From the NCBI GenBank assembly GCA_900553125.1, contig USCB01000006.1, forward strand, positions 517 through 64,516: a stretch of 64,000 nt of DNA. Reading direction: 5' to 3'. Below are positions 19,592 to 30,034 of the stretch, piece after piece. The stretch is from an uncultured Clostridium sp. (GTDB lineage: Bacteria > Bacillota > Clostridia > TANB77 > CAG-508). The position numbers and the translations under genes are program-made. The notes beneath the pieces are model-generated. The model saw only the letters and a list, made by a program, of their open reading frames with translations, was not told the origin of the DNA and did not search any database. Within the stretch, counting starts at the first letter, position 1; each line of letters opens with the position of its first letter.

Positions 19592-19996
19592 TTATTCACT
19601 ATAATTCCAAATACTTAGATGACCTTTAGCACTAATTGGTTTATCTAATATTTCAATATTTTCTAATATCCAAGCATATCTTCCTTCTGAATATTCTCCA
19701 CAAATATATTCTTGGTAATTATTCTTTCTCATATCCTCTACATAATCTGTAGTCATTCTTACGCAATCAATTAAATTGCATTTGCAAATTATATTTCCAT
19801 AGTTCATATCATTATCTTTTAGTAAATTCATTAGTTCTATGTTCTCTTTTGTTTCTTTATGTATTTTAGTTGAACTAGCATGAATATATAATTCTCCTCT
19901 GTATGATGTTTTCCAACTCCTAGTTTCAACCTTTTTCTTACCATCTTTTATTAAAGTTGCATAAGGTTCTGTTAAACTTAAAACTTTCATACTCAT
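19592..19996 (-). CDS. ASCH (PUA-like) domain protein
   Basis: 134 aa. LTEPYATLIKDGKKKVETRSW is a typical ASCH N-terminus. Confidence 0.65.
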   Translation of the reverse strand: MSMKVLSLTEPYATLIKDGKKKVETRSWKTSYRGELYIHASSTKIHKETKENIELMNLLKDNDMNYGNIICKCNLIDCVRMTTDYVEDMRKNNYQEYICGEYSEGRYAWILENIEILDKPISAKGHLSIWNYSE

Positions 19997-20017
19997 ATTC
20001 TACCTCCTCGTTTTATG

Positions 20018-20641
20018 CTATTTTTCAATTTCACTTTCATATGTATCTTTGTATTGTTCAAACTTAACTTTCGCTCTTTGTAATCCTGCATCAACTGCCA
20101 TTTTTAAATAGTATTCTGATAATCTTAAATTCTTTTCTGTTCCAACTCCATTGTAATAAAAATTTGCACCTAAATCATATATTGCAGGTAAATGCCCTTG
20201 CATTGCACAAGCATGTATTAATTCAAATGCTTTCTTTTCATCTCTTTCAATATTGCCAAATCCAAAATAGTAATAAGCTCCTAGGCAAAATTTTGAAAAT
20301 GATTGTTTCCTTGGATTTTCTTTTTCTTTATCGATAAGTTCTAGCAATGGTTTATAAGCATTTATATGTATTTGCTTTGCTTTTTCTTTATCTTGTTCTA
20401 CTCCATCTCCAAAATAATAACAAGCACCAACTCCATATGTACAACAAGGATTTCCTAATTCTTTTCCTTTTTCATACCAGTACATTGCTTTTTCATAACT
20501 TTGCTCTGCTCCATTTTCTTCACTATCATAACTTCTTCCTAAAATATAGCATGCAAGTTTATCTCCATTTTTAGCTTTTCCTTCTAAATCTTTTAACTCA
20601 AAAGTCATTGGCTTTATACTATTATCCATTTTCTGTTTCAC
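20018..20641 (-). CDS. Sel1-repeat (TPR-like) protein
   Basis: Repeated A..WY.KA...G...A...LG.CYY.G.GV..D..KA units. The true start may be an internal Met (20629 or 20608). Confidence 0.75.
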   Translation of the reverse strand: MKQKMDNSIKPMTFELKDLEGKAKNGDKLACYILGRSYDSEENGAEQSYEKAMYWYEKGKELGNPCCTYGVGACYYFGDGVEQDKEKAKQIHINAYKPLLELIDKEKENPRKQSFSKFCLGAYYYFGFGNIERDEKKAFELIHACAMQGHLPAIYDLGANFYYNGVGTEKNLRLSEYYLKMAVDAGLQRAKVKFEQYKDTYESEIEK

Positions 20642-21665
20642 CTAATTTCTTTAATAAAATATATCTTTTTATATTTTTGTCTTTCTGATACCAAGTTTGT
20701 TCTTCATATCCTAAATCTTTTAAATTTCTTAAACTATAAACATTTCCAAAAGTTACTTCTGCAATAATATTGCTTATTCCTTTTTCTATAGCTCTTTCTT
20801 CAAGATATTTTACTAATGTTTTCTGTAATCCATAGCCTCTATACTTTGGTAATACTACAACACCATCTATATCTGCACAACTTCCATTTAAATTAGGAAT
20901 CATTTGTTTTAATTCTTTCATTCTATTTGAAACTGATAAGAATATCCATGCTATCATTTTATTATCTATAAAAGTACCATATATCTCTCCATCATTTATT
21001 GGATCATTCAATATTCTTAAGTATGTTTCTTTTTTAAATGGCAAAAAATCCCCCTTTTCTTCTTGTTCAAAATTCTCTATTATAATGTTTTGTATATTGT
21101 ATATTTCATCAACATCATTAATGGTGCATTTTCTTATCTCTATATTTGGTTTTCTAATGTATTTAAAAAGATATTTATATTCTTCTTCATGTATTAATAA
21201 TCCTTTTGCTTTTTCTTCGACCATTTTTTCTAAATCTTTGTAAAATACATATTTAACTTCTGATACTTCATTATCTTCAAAAATATATTCTTCAATCTCT
21301 TTATTACTATTTAATAAATATACATATTGGAATTCCATATTTTTAGGATTTTTTGTGCTTTTAATTGTTGCAATATATTGTAAATCTTCTTCTTTTGCTT
21401 CAACTCCCAATTCTTCCTTTAATTCTCTAATAGCTCCTTCAATTACTGTTTCTCCAGCTCTAATGTGTCCTGCTCCAGAAATGTCCCAAAAATTAGGATG
21501 AGTTTTTTTTGTTGCACTTCTTTTTTGTAATAGAAGTTCCTTTTTATCATTCATAATCCAGACGTGTGCTGTTCTATGAAACTTCCCGTCTTCATGTGCT
21601 TGTGTTTTTTCTTTTATTTCTCCTGTTGGATTATTATTATAATCAAATATATCTATATATTCCAT
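20622..21665 (-). CDS. NUDIX hydrolase fused to a GNAT acetyltransferase
   Basis: NUDIX box GHIRAGETVIEGAIRELKEELGV. C-terminal GNAT motif VVVLPKYRGYGLQKTLV. Confidence 0.8.
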   Translation of the reverse strand: MEYIDIFDYNNNPTGEIKEKTQAHEDGKFHRTAHVWIMNDKKELLLQKRSATKKTHPNFWDISGAGHIRAGETVIEGAIRELKEELGVEAKEEDLQYIATIKSTKNPKNMEFQYVYLLNSNKEIEEYIFEDNEVSEVKYVFYKDLEKMVEEKAKGLLIHEEEYKYLFKYIRKPNIEIRKCTINDVDEIYNIQNIIIENFEQEEKGDFLPFKKETYLRILNDPINDGEIYGTFIDNKMIAWIFLSVSNRMKELKQMIPNLNGSCADIDGVVVLPKYRGYGLQKTLVKYLEERAIEKGISNIIAEVTFGNVYSLRNLKDLGYEEQTWYQKDKNIKRYILLKKLGETENG

Positions 21666-21805
21666 AATTACTTCCTGTCTTTTAAATCTTTTTATATATT
21701 TATATCATAATTTACAACATTTTCATAGCTTTTTATTAATATTTGTATATATTTAATTTTAAATAATTAAAGGCTGTTACCTTTATATAACAACCTTTAA
21801 TATTA

Positions 21806-23188
21806 TTATCTTGCATATCTGTCTTTTTTCTTTGTTTTAGTAATATCTTCTTGAGCCCTTTTCATATGTCTTTCAATTTTTATAACTTCTTTAACTTTTG
21901 GTGTATCTTCTAAAATATAATTTGCTATTTTTAAATTTTTTCTATACTTATTTAGCTTAGTAGTACATTCATCTCGCTTTGTTTTATATTCTTTTATTAG
22001 ATTATCATCTGTGCAATTTTTTAGTTTATTTCTATATTTTTGTCTTAAATTGGTAACACTTTCTATATCTTCTTCATTTTGTGAAATATAGTTTTTTACA
22101 TCATCTAATGTTTTTAATTTTTCTGTCACAATAAGTCTAATTTCATTAGAATATCGTTGCATTTTTCTAACTTCTTGCTTCATTTCTGGAGATAATGGTG
22201 GGTAATTTTCTCGTTTTGATATTAAGCCTAATAGATGAAATAATAATATAAAAAGTACATCAATTCCACTCATTTTACTAATATCTTTTAAATTTCCTTT
22301 ATATTTATAAACTTTATATTTTGTATAATTCTTTTTTGGTTTTATCAATTTATAATATTCATCTTGCACATAACATGGATTTTGAAAAACTCTTTCTGCA
22401 ATATTTTTCGGCAAATACTTTTCTCCTAACTGATACATTCTTACTGCTTTTTTATCATTCATTGAACGAATTGTAGGATACTTTCGATTATTATCATCAT
22501 TTATAATATAGCCTTTTTTATACATTATCTTTTTAAATTGTAAATAAGTTACACACTTTCCCATTGCTTCATCCATAGCTTGTCTCATTAGATTATATTT
22601 GGTTGGCTCACCTCTTTTTTCTGCGAAATATATATTTCTTGGTGTTTTCCCTCTTGGCTTTTCAATAACTGTTAGTCCATATTCTCCGCATAACTCATCT
22701 GATAACTCTCTGAAATGATAATATGCTCATTTATTACAATTAAATTTTTTACCTGTAAACATATTAACTGAATTTACTACAAAGTGATTATGATATGTGT
22801 CAGTATTAAAATGTGTTGCAACTATTACTTGATGCTCACTCCACATTTTTTCTGCCAGTTCTACTCCTATTTTATGTGCCAATTCTGGTGAAACCTCTCC
22901 AGTTTTAAAACTTTGATATGCATGATAAGCAATATTTCCTGTAGATTTATCAAATCTATTCTGTACTGCTGTCATTTCTTCATAAGCTGTTTCTCTATTG
23001 CAATTTACTCCAGTTATGTACATATTTTTTTCTTCTTTATCAATAGTTTTCTCATCATTTTCTGCATATTTTAGTACCTGTTTCAAATCAGAGAATATTG
23101 TTTTTTCTGGATTCTTTGCATAATTTACTACACGAGAAAGACTATCTTTAATTGCCCATATTTTCGTTGTTGCCATTGTCATCACCAT
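21806..23188 (-). pseudogene. MobA/VirD2-family relaxase interrupted by one in-frame TGA (22727-22729)
   Basis: HFNTDTYHNHFVVN histidine-triad motif in the N-terminal ORF. The downstream ORF 21806-22588 is in the same frame. The 46 codons between read AYYHFRELSDELCGEYGLTVIEKP, which is relaxase-typical. Confidence 0.8.
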
Positions 23189-23468
23189 CTTTTTTGTAAT
23201 TGTAAATGTCTAAGAAATCACTTTGCATTTTTGCTATTTTCTCTTTTATTTCTTCATTACTCATATAAGGAAATTCATTTTTTAGTTCAACAATTTTTGC
23301 ATAAATTTTACGAAGTTCTTCATCTGGTATTTCATAAATTTCTTTTTGTAATCCTGATTTTCTCAAATAAGATGACAAATTTAAGTTGCACTTTTTAGCA
23401 TTCCTTTGCAATTTTTTCTTCTCATTTTCACTCACTCTAACATTAATTCCTATTGTTCTATTTCTCAT
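23148..23468 (-). CDS. MobC-like relaxosome accessory protein
   Basis: 106 aa. RVSENEKKKLQRNAKKCNLNLSSYLR is typical of MobC. It overlaps the relaxase start. Confidence 0.7.
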   Translation of the reverse strand: MRNRTIGINVRVSENEKKKLQRNAKKCNLNLSSYLRKSGLQKEIYEIPDEELRKIYAKIVELKNEFPYMSNEEIKEKIAKMQSDFLDIYNYKKDGDDNGNNENMGN

Positions 23469-23561
23469 AATTTTTCACTTCCTTTTTGATAAATTTCTGT
23501 TCTGTTTTTTATAAAATCTTTCTTAAAAAACTTTAATTTTTAATTTTATAAGGTAGGGGTT

Positions 23562-23640
23562 AAAGGGGAAGATTTTCCCCTTTCAGCGTAAGCTGTCGGT
23601 TTTGTGGCAATACAAAACCTATGCTCGCTACACTTATAGA
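23562..23640 (-). promoter_or_regulatory. putative oriT of the MobC/relaxase module
   Basis: Locally GC-rich non-coding patch directly upstream of mobC. Two inverted repeats: AAAGGGGAA/TTCCCCTTT at 23562-23583 and GGTTTTGT/ACAAAACC at 23598-23619. Confidence 0.5.
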
Positions 23641-23688
23641 CATTAAATTTGTATATACATTTAATTGCGTAGTCCTACTACTAATTTC

Positions 23689-24096
23689 TTATACATAAAT
23701 TAGTTCATTAAATACAATTTCCTCTGCTTCATTTTTAAAATTTTTCATCATTCCTACCCAATATAATTGATTAGTATTTTTCATTTCTTCTGTTAAATTA
23801 TTTTCCTTTTTTAATTGCTCAACTATAAGGTCAACTCTTTCTTGTGCTGTTTCTTGTATTTCTTTTAAATGCTTATTGAGAGTTTTGTTCATACACATTA
23901 TTATATATTCTGCTTTCTTATTTTCTTTCAAAAATTTTAGTCTTAATCTTCCGTATTTATTTAAAGTAATTTTTTCTTCTTTTTCTAAAACTAAATTAGG
24001 AATATAGTAATCGCCAACCTTTGTATATTCAATTCCATATTTATTGTCAATATTGTTTTCTTTTAATTCTTTACTTTCCATTTTCAATTCCTCCAT
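23689..24096 (-). CDS. tnpV: transposon protein TnpV
   Basis: YTKVGDYYIPNL...LNKYGRLRLKFLKE...HLKEI...WVGMMKNFKNEAEEIVFNELIYV matches the TnpV family known from Tn4451/Tn4453. Confidence 0.8.
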   Translation of the reverse strand: MEELKMESKELKENNIDNKYGIEYTKVGDYYIPNLVLEKEEKITLNKYGRLRLKFLKENKKAEYIIMCMNKTLNKHLKEIQETAQERVDLIVEQLKKENNLTEEMKNTNQLYWVGMMKNFKNEAEEIVFNELIYV

Positions 24097-24108
24097 TTAC
24101 TAAATTTT

Positions 24109-25997
<1,889 letters not shown>

Positions 25998-26124
25998 TTA
26001 GCTATTGACACTTTAAAGTTTTTATTTATTGTTTTAACTATCTCTATTTTTTCTTTTAAACATAATTAATAAATCAATATAGTACAATTTTTTAAAAACT
26101 CTAAAATATCAACATTTTGACTTG

Positions 26125-26427
<303 letters not shown>

Positions 26428-26428
26428 T

Positions 26429-26459
26429 CAAAAAAAGACCGTTTCTTTTGAAACGGTTT
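26429..26459 (-). terminator. rho-independent terminator, probably the ancestral tRNA-Leu terminator
   Basis: Stem (AG)ACCGTTTC/GAAACGGT(TT) at 26436-26445 / 26450-26459, followed on the minus strand by T7. Confidence 0.65.
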
Positions 26460-26542
26460 AAGATTTTTGTGTTCATCAAAATTTTTGTTGTCTTGGAATT
26501 AAGTTATATCAAGACTTTCAAAAAGTTCGACGAAAACTTGTC

Positions 26543-26599
26543 TTGGTGCAGATGGCCGGAATCGAACCGGCACGGTTTATTCAACCGCATGATTTTAAG
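26543..26599 (-). repeat. 57-bp copy of the 3' half of tRNA-Leu(UAA) (att repeat, copy 1; 1 mismatch at 26589)
   Basis: Identical to 39357-39413 except for one base. Identity stops exactly inside the anticodon stem. Confidence 0.9.
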
Positions 26600-26742
26600 T
26601 TTTATAAGTTCTATTCCATATAACATCCTTTAACATTACATTTTGCCTATCTGTACCTATATAAATATTTGATTTTTAGCTATTTTTATTCAAATACACC
26701 ATTTTATCAATGCTTTGTCAATATTTTTAAAAAAAGTAAATT

Positions 26743-26764
26743 TGTTAGATTTTTGTTAGATTTT
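26743..26764. promoter_or_regulatory. tandem TGTTAGATTTT x2, candidate integrase arm-type sites
   Basis: Two perfect 11-bp direct repeats 144 bp from att copy 1. Related pairs occur at 29126-29150 and 39276-39300. Confidence 0.45.
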
Positions 26765-26779
26765 TATTTATGTATAACA

Positions 26780-27616
26780 TTAATTACATTTTTTACAAGG
26801 AATTAAATTTGCATTCAATAAATCTCTTTTTACTGCTGTGGTTTCGTTTATATATTTAAGTTCTATTTTCTTTAATCCTTCACATTCTTTATCAATATGA
26901 AATTCATTTGTTTTTCGATTTATTATATAATTTTTATTTTTTTCTGTTATTTTATCTTTTATTCTTTTATTGTTGTTCCCTGTTATTTTATTTACTCTTT
27001 GTTTTATCTTTGGTAAGATTCTTTTATCTTCAATCACTGCTCCATCACTATATTTAAACTTTACACCTTTTTGAATATTGTAACAAAACTCACAAACACT
27101 AAATTCATCGTCAAGTGACTTTGCTTCTATCAATATACCTGTTGGAATTTGATTTTTTCCTTTATATTTTACTGTAACCCTATATAAAACTCTAACATTA
27201 TTTTGCATTATATAGTTTTTTACTCTATTTTCAATTTTTATCATTATGCTTTTATTTAAATCCCTTGTTCCTATAAACAGATTTCTCTTATCTGCCAATT
27301 TAGCTGATAAACTATAAGCAATTATATGACACCTTTCGAATAAATATTTTCCTTCAAAATTTTTGTTCCACCCATGTGGGTTAGGATAAATTAATTTTTT
27401 CTTTACCACTAACGGTATTGTATTTTTACTTAATAAAGCAATAGCTCCTGTACTTCTTCCATATTTATCCAATTCAAAATATATAGGGTTACCCTCGATT
27501 ATTTCATAATCACTTTTTTGAAATATTGGAATTCCATCATTAAAAGCAACTATTTCATTTTTTATATTTGTTACACTTTTTCCTATCAAGTTTTCAATTT
27601 CAATATTATAGTCCAT
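26780..27616 (-). CDS. DNA/RNA non-specific endonuclease (Endonuclease_NS_2-like) with a C-terminal Ada-like FH..C...PCKKC zinc motif. No signal peptide.
   Basis: ERCHIIAYSLSAKLADKRNLFIGTRDLN active-site region, followed by the VLYRVTVKY beta core. Confidence 0.7.
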   Translation of the reverse strand: MDYNIEIENLIGKSVTNIKNEIVAFNDGIPIFQKSDYEIIEGNPIYFELDKYGRSTGAIALLSKNTIPLVVKKKLIYPNPHGWNKNFEGKYLFERCHIIAYSLSAKLADKRNLFIGTRDLNKSIMIKIENRVKNYIMQNNVRVLYRVTVKYKGKNQIPTGILIEAKSLDDEFSVCEFCYNIQKGVKFKYSDGAVIEDKRILPKIKQRVNKITGNNNKRIKDKITEKNKNYIINRKTNEFHIDKECEGLKKIELKYINETTAVKRDLLNANLIPCKKCN

Positions 27617-27619
27617 CTC

Positions 27620-28096
27620 TTACTTTCTCACTCCTCGCTTTTTCTCATTAAAATTCATAATATCTAATTCTGTTTCAATATTACTTTTTATTCCTTCTTT
27701 TATTGAATTAGCTTCAACAATTTGTTCATTATCATACCATGCATAAAACCATCCTTTTTCTAACTTAGATTCTTCTATTTCTTGTTCAGGTATTTCTATC
27801 CTCTCAATTTTCCCATCTGAGTAATAGTCTAAATAATATTTGTTTTCTTTTTTGTCATAATCAAAGTAGAAAAAATCTTGTTCATATGACATCTCCTCAA
27901 AGTATTTATTTATTATATCTTCTATTTGATTTTTATACTTTGTAGCTAATGGTATATCTCTTAATACTTCACTTTCAATTGTACTTTGAAAATCTTGATT
28001 TTTTTCTAAGCTTTTACCTAGTTCTTTTATAAACGAATCAACCTCATTGTTTATCACACTTTTACTTTCTAATTTATTGTCAATTGTTAAATTCAT
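27620..28096 (-). CDS. acidic hypothetical protein, immediately upstream of the nuclease in the same operon (candidate inhibitor/immunity)
   Basis: 158 aa, rich in E/D. There is a 3-nt gap to the nuclease start. No recognisable domain. Confidence 0.4.
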   Translation of the reverse strand: MNLTIDNKLESKSVINNEVDSFIKELGKSLEKNQDFQSTIESEVLRDIPLATKYKNQIEDIINKYFEEMSYEQDFFYFDYDKKENKYYLDYYSDGKIERIEIPEQEIEESKLEKGWFYAWYDNEQIVEANSIKEGIKSNIETELDIMNFNEKKRGVRK

Positions 28097-28400
28097 ATTT
28101 GTTTCTTCCTTTCCTTGTACTATTAATTTTATTATTTTGGGTTTTTAATAAGATAAAAAATTGTTTTTATAAAACATTTTAGATTAAATTAATTTTGATT
28201 TAACTTTACATTATAACTACTATACCACATATTTTCTTATTTTGCACTACATTTTTGTTGAATTTTACAAAAAAATTTCATTGTTCGCTTGTTTTTTCAT
28301 TAAATATATTGTATAGTATTAGTCATAGAAATGAGATATAAGCAGATGTGTGTGTTACCTCTAAACCTCGATTTTATCGAGAGCAAGGAGGTGAGTGCTT

Positions 28401-28508
28401 ATGGTAGAATTCTTACTTTTCCTTATTATAGGATTAATGTTTTCAATAACCATAAATATCGCCTTATTGTGTATTTTATACATAATGTGGACAGATAAAC
28501 AAATATAA
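28401..28508 (+). CDS. 35-aa hydrophobic peptide MVEFLLFLIIGLMFSITINIALLCILYIMWTDKQI (type I toxin-like)
   Basis: Below the ORF-track cutoff. Strong RBS AAGGAGGTGAGTGCTT-ATG. One TM helix with a short polar tail. The mRNA ends are complementary (see finding). Confidence 0.55.
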   Translation: MVEFLLFLIIGLMFSITINIALLCILYIMWTDKQI

Positions 28509-28625
28509 AAATACACCACATTTAGCTTTGCCTAGCTGTGTGGTGTATACCATTAATATATAGGTAGCACACATTGTCTGTGGCTCTCATTTCTATTTTT
28601 ATTATATATTCTTTTTATAGTTTTG

Positions 28626-28792
28626 TCAAATAATTTTTTCAAATTTATATTTTTCCATATATTCTTCTAACTCTGATAATTTTATCTTTTTGGATAAGTT
28701 TGAAATATATACATCATTTGAATAATCGAAAATTAAAAAGTAATACTTTTAATAATCACTTTATGTGGTTCAATATATTTAATATTTTCCAT
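28626..28792 (-). pseudogene. truncated, frameshifted paralog of the 26125-26418 ORF
   Basis: MENIKYIEPHKVIIKS... then, in another frame, YYFLIFDYSNDVYISNLSKKIKLSELEEY. Compare [40 protein letters not shown]. Confidence 0.5.
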
Positions 28793-28914
28793 TTTAACAC
28801 CATCCTTTCGTTTGGATGATTTTTATATTGTTTTAGATAAAAAAAATCAACCAGATTTATTTTCCGATTGATTTCTGTATCTATCTGTTTTATTAGTTCG
28901 AACAGATACGTCAT

Positions 28915-28971
28915 TGGTGCAGATGGCCGAAATCGAACCGGCACGGTTTATTCAACCGCAGGATTTTAAGT
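28915..28971 (-). repeat. 57-bp copy of the 3' half of tRNA-Leu(UAA) (att repeat, copy 2; 1 mismatch at 28930)
   Basis: Direct repeat of 39357-39413. Confidence 0.9.
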
Positions 28972-29125
28972 TATTCTATCATTTTAATGGTTAGTGATGA
29001 ATAATACTCTTTAATCCTATTATTTATGTACTCAAAACCTTATTATTTCAAACTATTTCGCTTGTTTTTATTGTAACATAAAGACTTAAAAATTTATATA
29101 AATCTGACACAACTTTTTCAAGTTT

Positions 29126-29150
29126 TGTTAGAAATCTGTTAGAAAAATCT
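29126..29150. promoter_or_regulatory. TGTTAGAAATC-TGTTAGAAAAATCT direct repeats (candidate arm-type integrase sites, distal end)
   Basis: Near-identical to 39276-39300 (one C/T difference). Confidence 0.5.
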
Positions 29151-29294
29151 AAACAGTATTTAGTCTAAAAAATCTCAAATTTATTTAAAATCTAATTTTG
29201 CATATTTAAAAATTCAAAACGAACAGGCATAGTTTATTACCTGTTCTAATTTTTCGCCACAAAATCGATTGTCGTGCGAAGGAAAGGAAAATAT

Positions 29295-29849
29295 ATGCAA
29301 GATTTTAATTTTTACAAAGTTAATGAAACTTTAAACCACAAATATTATCAAATACCACAGGAATTATTCGTAAATCCATTATATAAAAATGCATTAAATT
29401 CTGATAGTAAATTGTTATATGGTTTTCTATTAGATAGATTATCATTATCTATAAAGAATAATTGGCATGATGAAAATGGAAATGTATATTTGATATTTAC
29501 TAGAAAAGAAGTACAAGATAAATTAAATCTATCTGATAAAACTGTTACTAAAGCATTTAAACAACTATCAGATGTTAATTTAATATATGAAAAGAAACAA
29601 GGTTTTAGCAAACATAAACTTATATATGTTGCAAAAATACAACATCAAAATATAGAAATATCACATAATCGTAAAAATTACGATTATATAAACGGAGATT
29701 CTACGATTACCGAATCGGAAAATTTCCGTGCAATCAATACTAATAATAATTATACTTATAAAAATAATAAGGCTAATAAAAATTCAATGAGATATTCTGG
29801 TAGAGATTATTCGCCTGAATTTTTAAACAGCTTATATGCTAATGTGTAA
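29295..29849 (+). CDS. replication initiator protein, RepA_N family
   Basis: YYQIPQELFVNPLYKNALNSDSKLLYGFLLDRLSLSIKNNWHDENGNVYLIFTRKEV...LSDKTVTKAFKQL is typical RepA_N. Start moved to Met 29295 after a GAAAGGAAA RBS. Confidence 0.75.
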   Translation: MQDFNFYKVNETLNHKYYQIPQELFVNPLYKNALNSDSKLLYGFLLDRLSLSIKNNWHDENGNVYLIFTRKEVQDKLNLSDKTVTKAFKQLSDVNLIYEKKQGFSKHKLIYVAKIQHQNIEISHNRKNYDYINGDSTITESENFRAINTNNNYTYKNNKANKNSMRYSGRDYSPEFLNSLYANV

Positions 29850-29914
29850 TGACTTTACCTAAATTGCTAGTAGCATATTTAGGTAAAACGGGTGTAGGGT
29901 GTCCCTACCACACT

Positions 29915-29956
29915 GACACTTTTTCCCATAAGGGTAAAAAAGTGTCGTAGTGTGTT
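29915..29956 (+). promoter_or_regulatory. MobV-type oriT: inverted repeat followed by a GTGTGTT nick-like motif
   Basis: GACACTTTTTCCC/GGGTAAAAAAGTGTC at 29915-29946, then GTGTGTT at 29950-29956. This lies 80 bp upstream of the MobV relaxase gene. Confidence 0.6.
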
Positions 29957-30034
29957 ACAACACAATTGAAAAAAGAGAAAAAATTTAACCAGCATAGTGT
30001 TATTTTGCTGTGCTAGAAAAGGAGGAATGCATAT

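Larger units (their letters stand above)
26600..28914. mobile_element. remnant integrative element between tRNA-Leu repeat copies 1 and 2. It has no integrase.
   Basis: Bounded by direct att copies. It retains distal TGTTAGA direct repeats at 26743-26764 that resemble those of the neighbouring IME. Confidence 0.55.

Noticed and set aside
22727-22729. In-frame TGA in the relaxase (and TAA at 31598-31600) considered as evidence for an alternative genetic code or selenocysteine.
   Set aside because: TGA terminates the SDR gene at its expected end. No conserved housekeeping ORF contains in-frame TGA or TAA. No SECIS-like context is evident. Both events lie on mobile elements and fit single C-to-T nonsense mutations.
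28756-28944. Small ORFs overlapping the tRNA-Leu gene or its fragments (28756-28944 minus, 26424-26633 plus, 39356-39550 plus).
   Set aside because: They read through tRNA-derived sequence, and the repeated MVQMAGIEPARFIQP-type peptides are translation artefacts of the att repeat.
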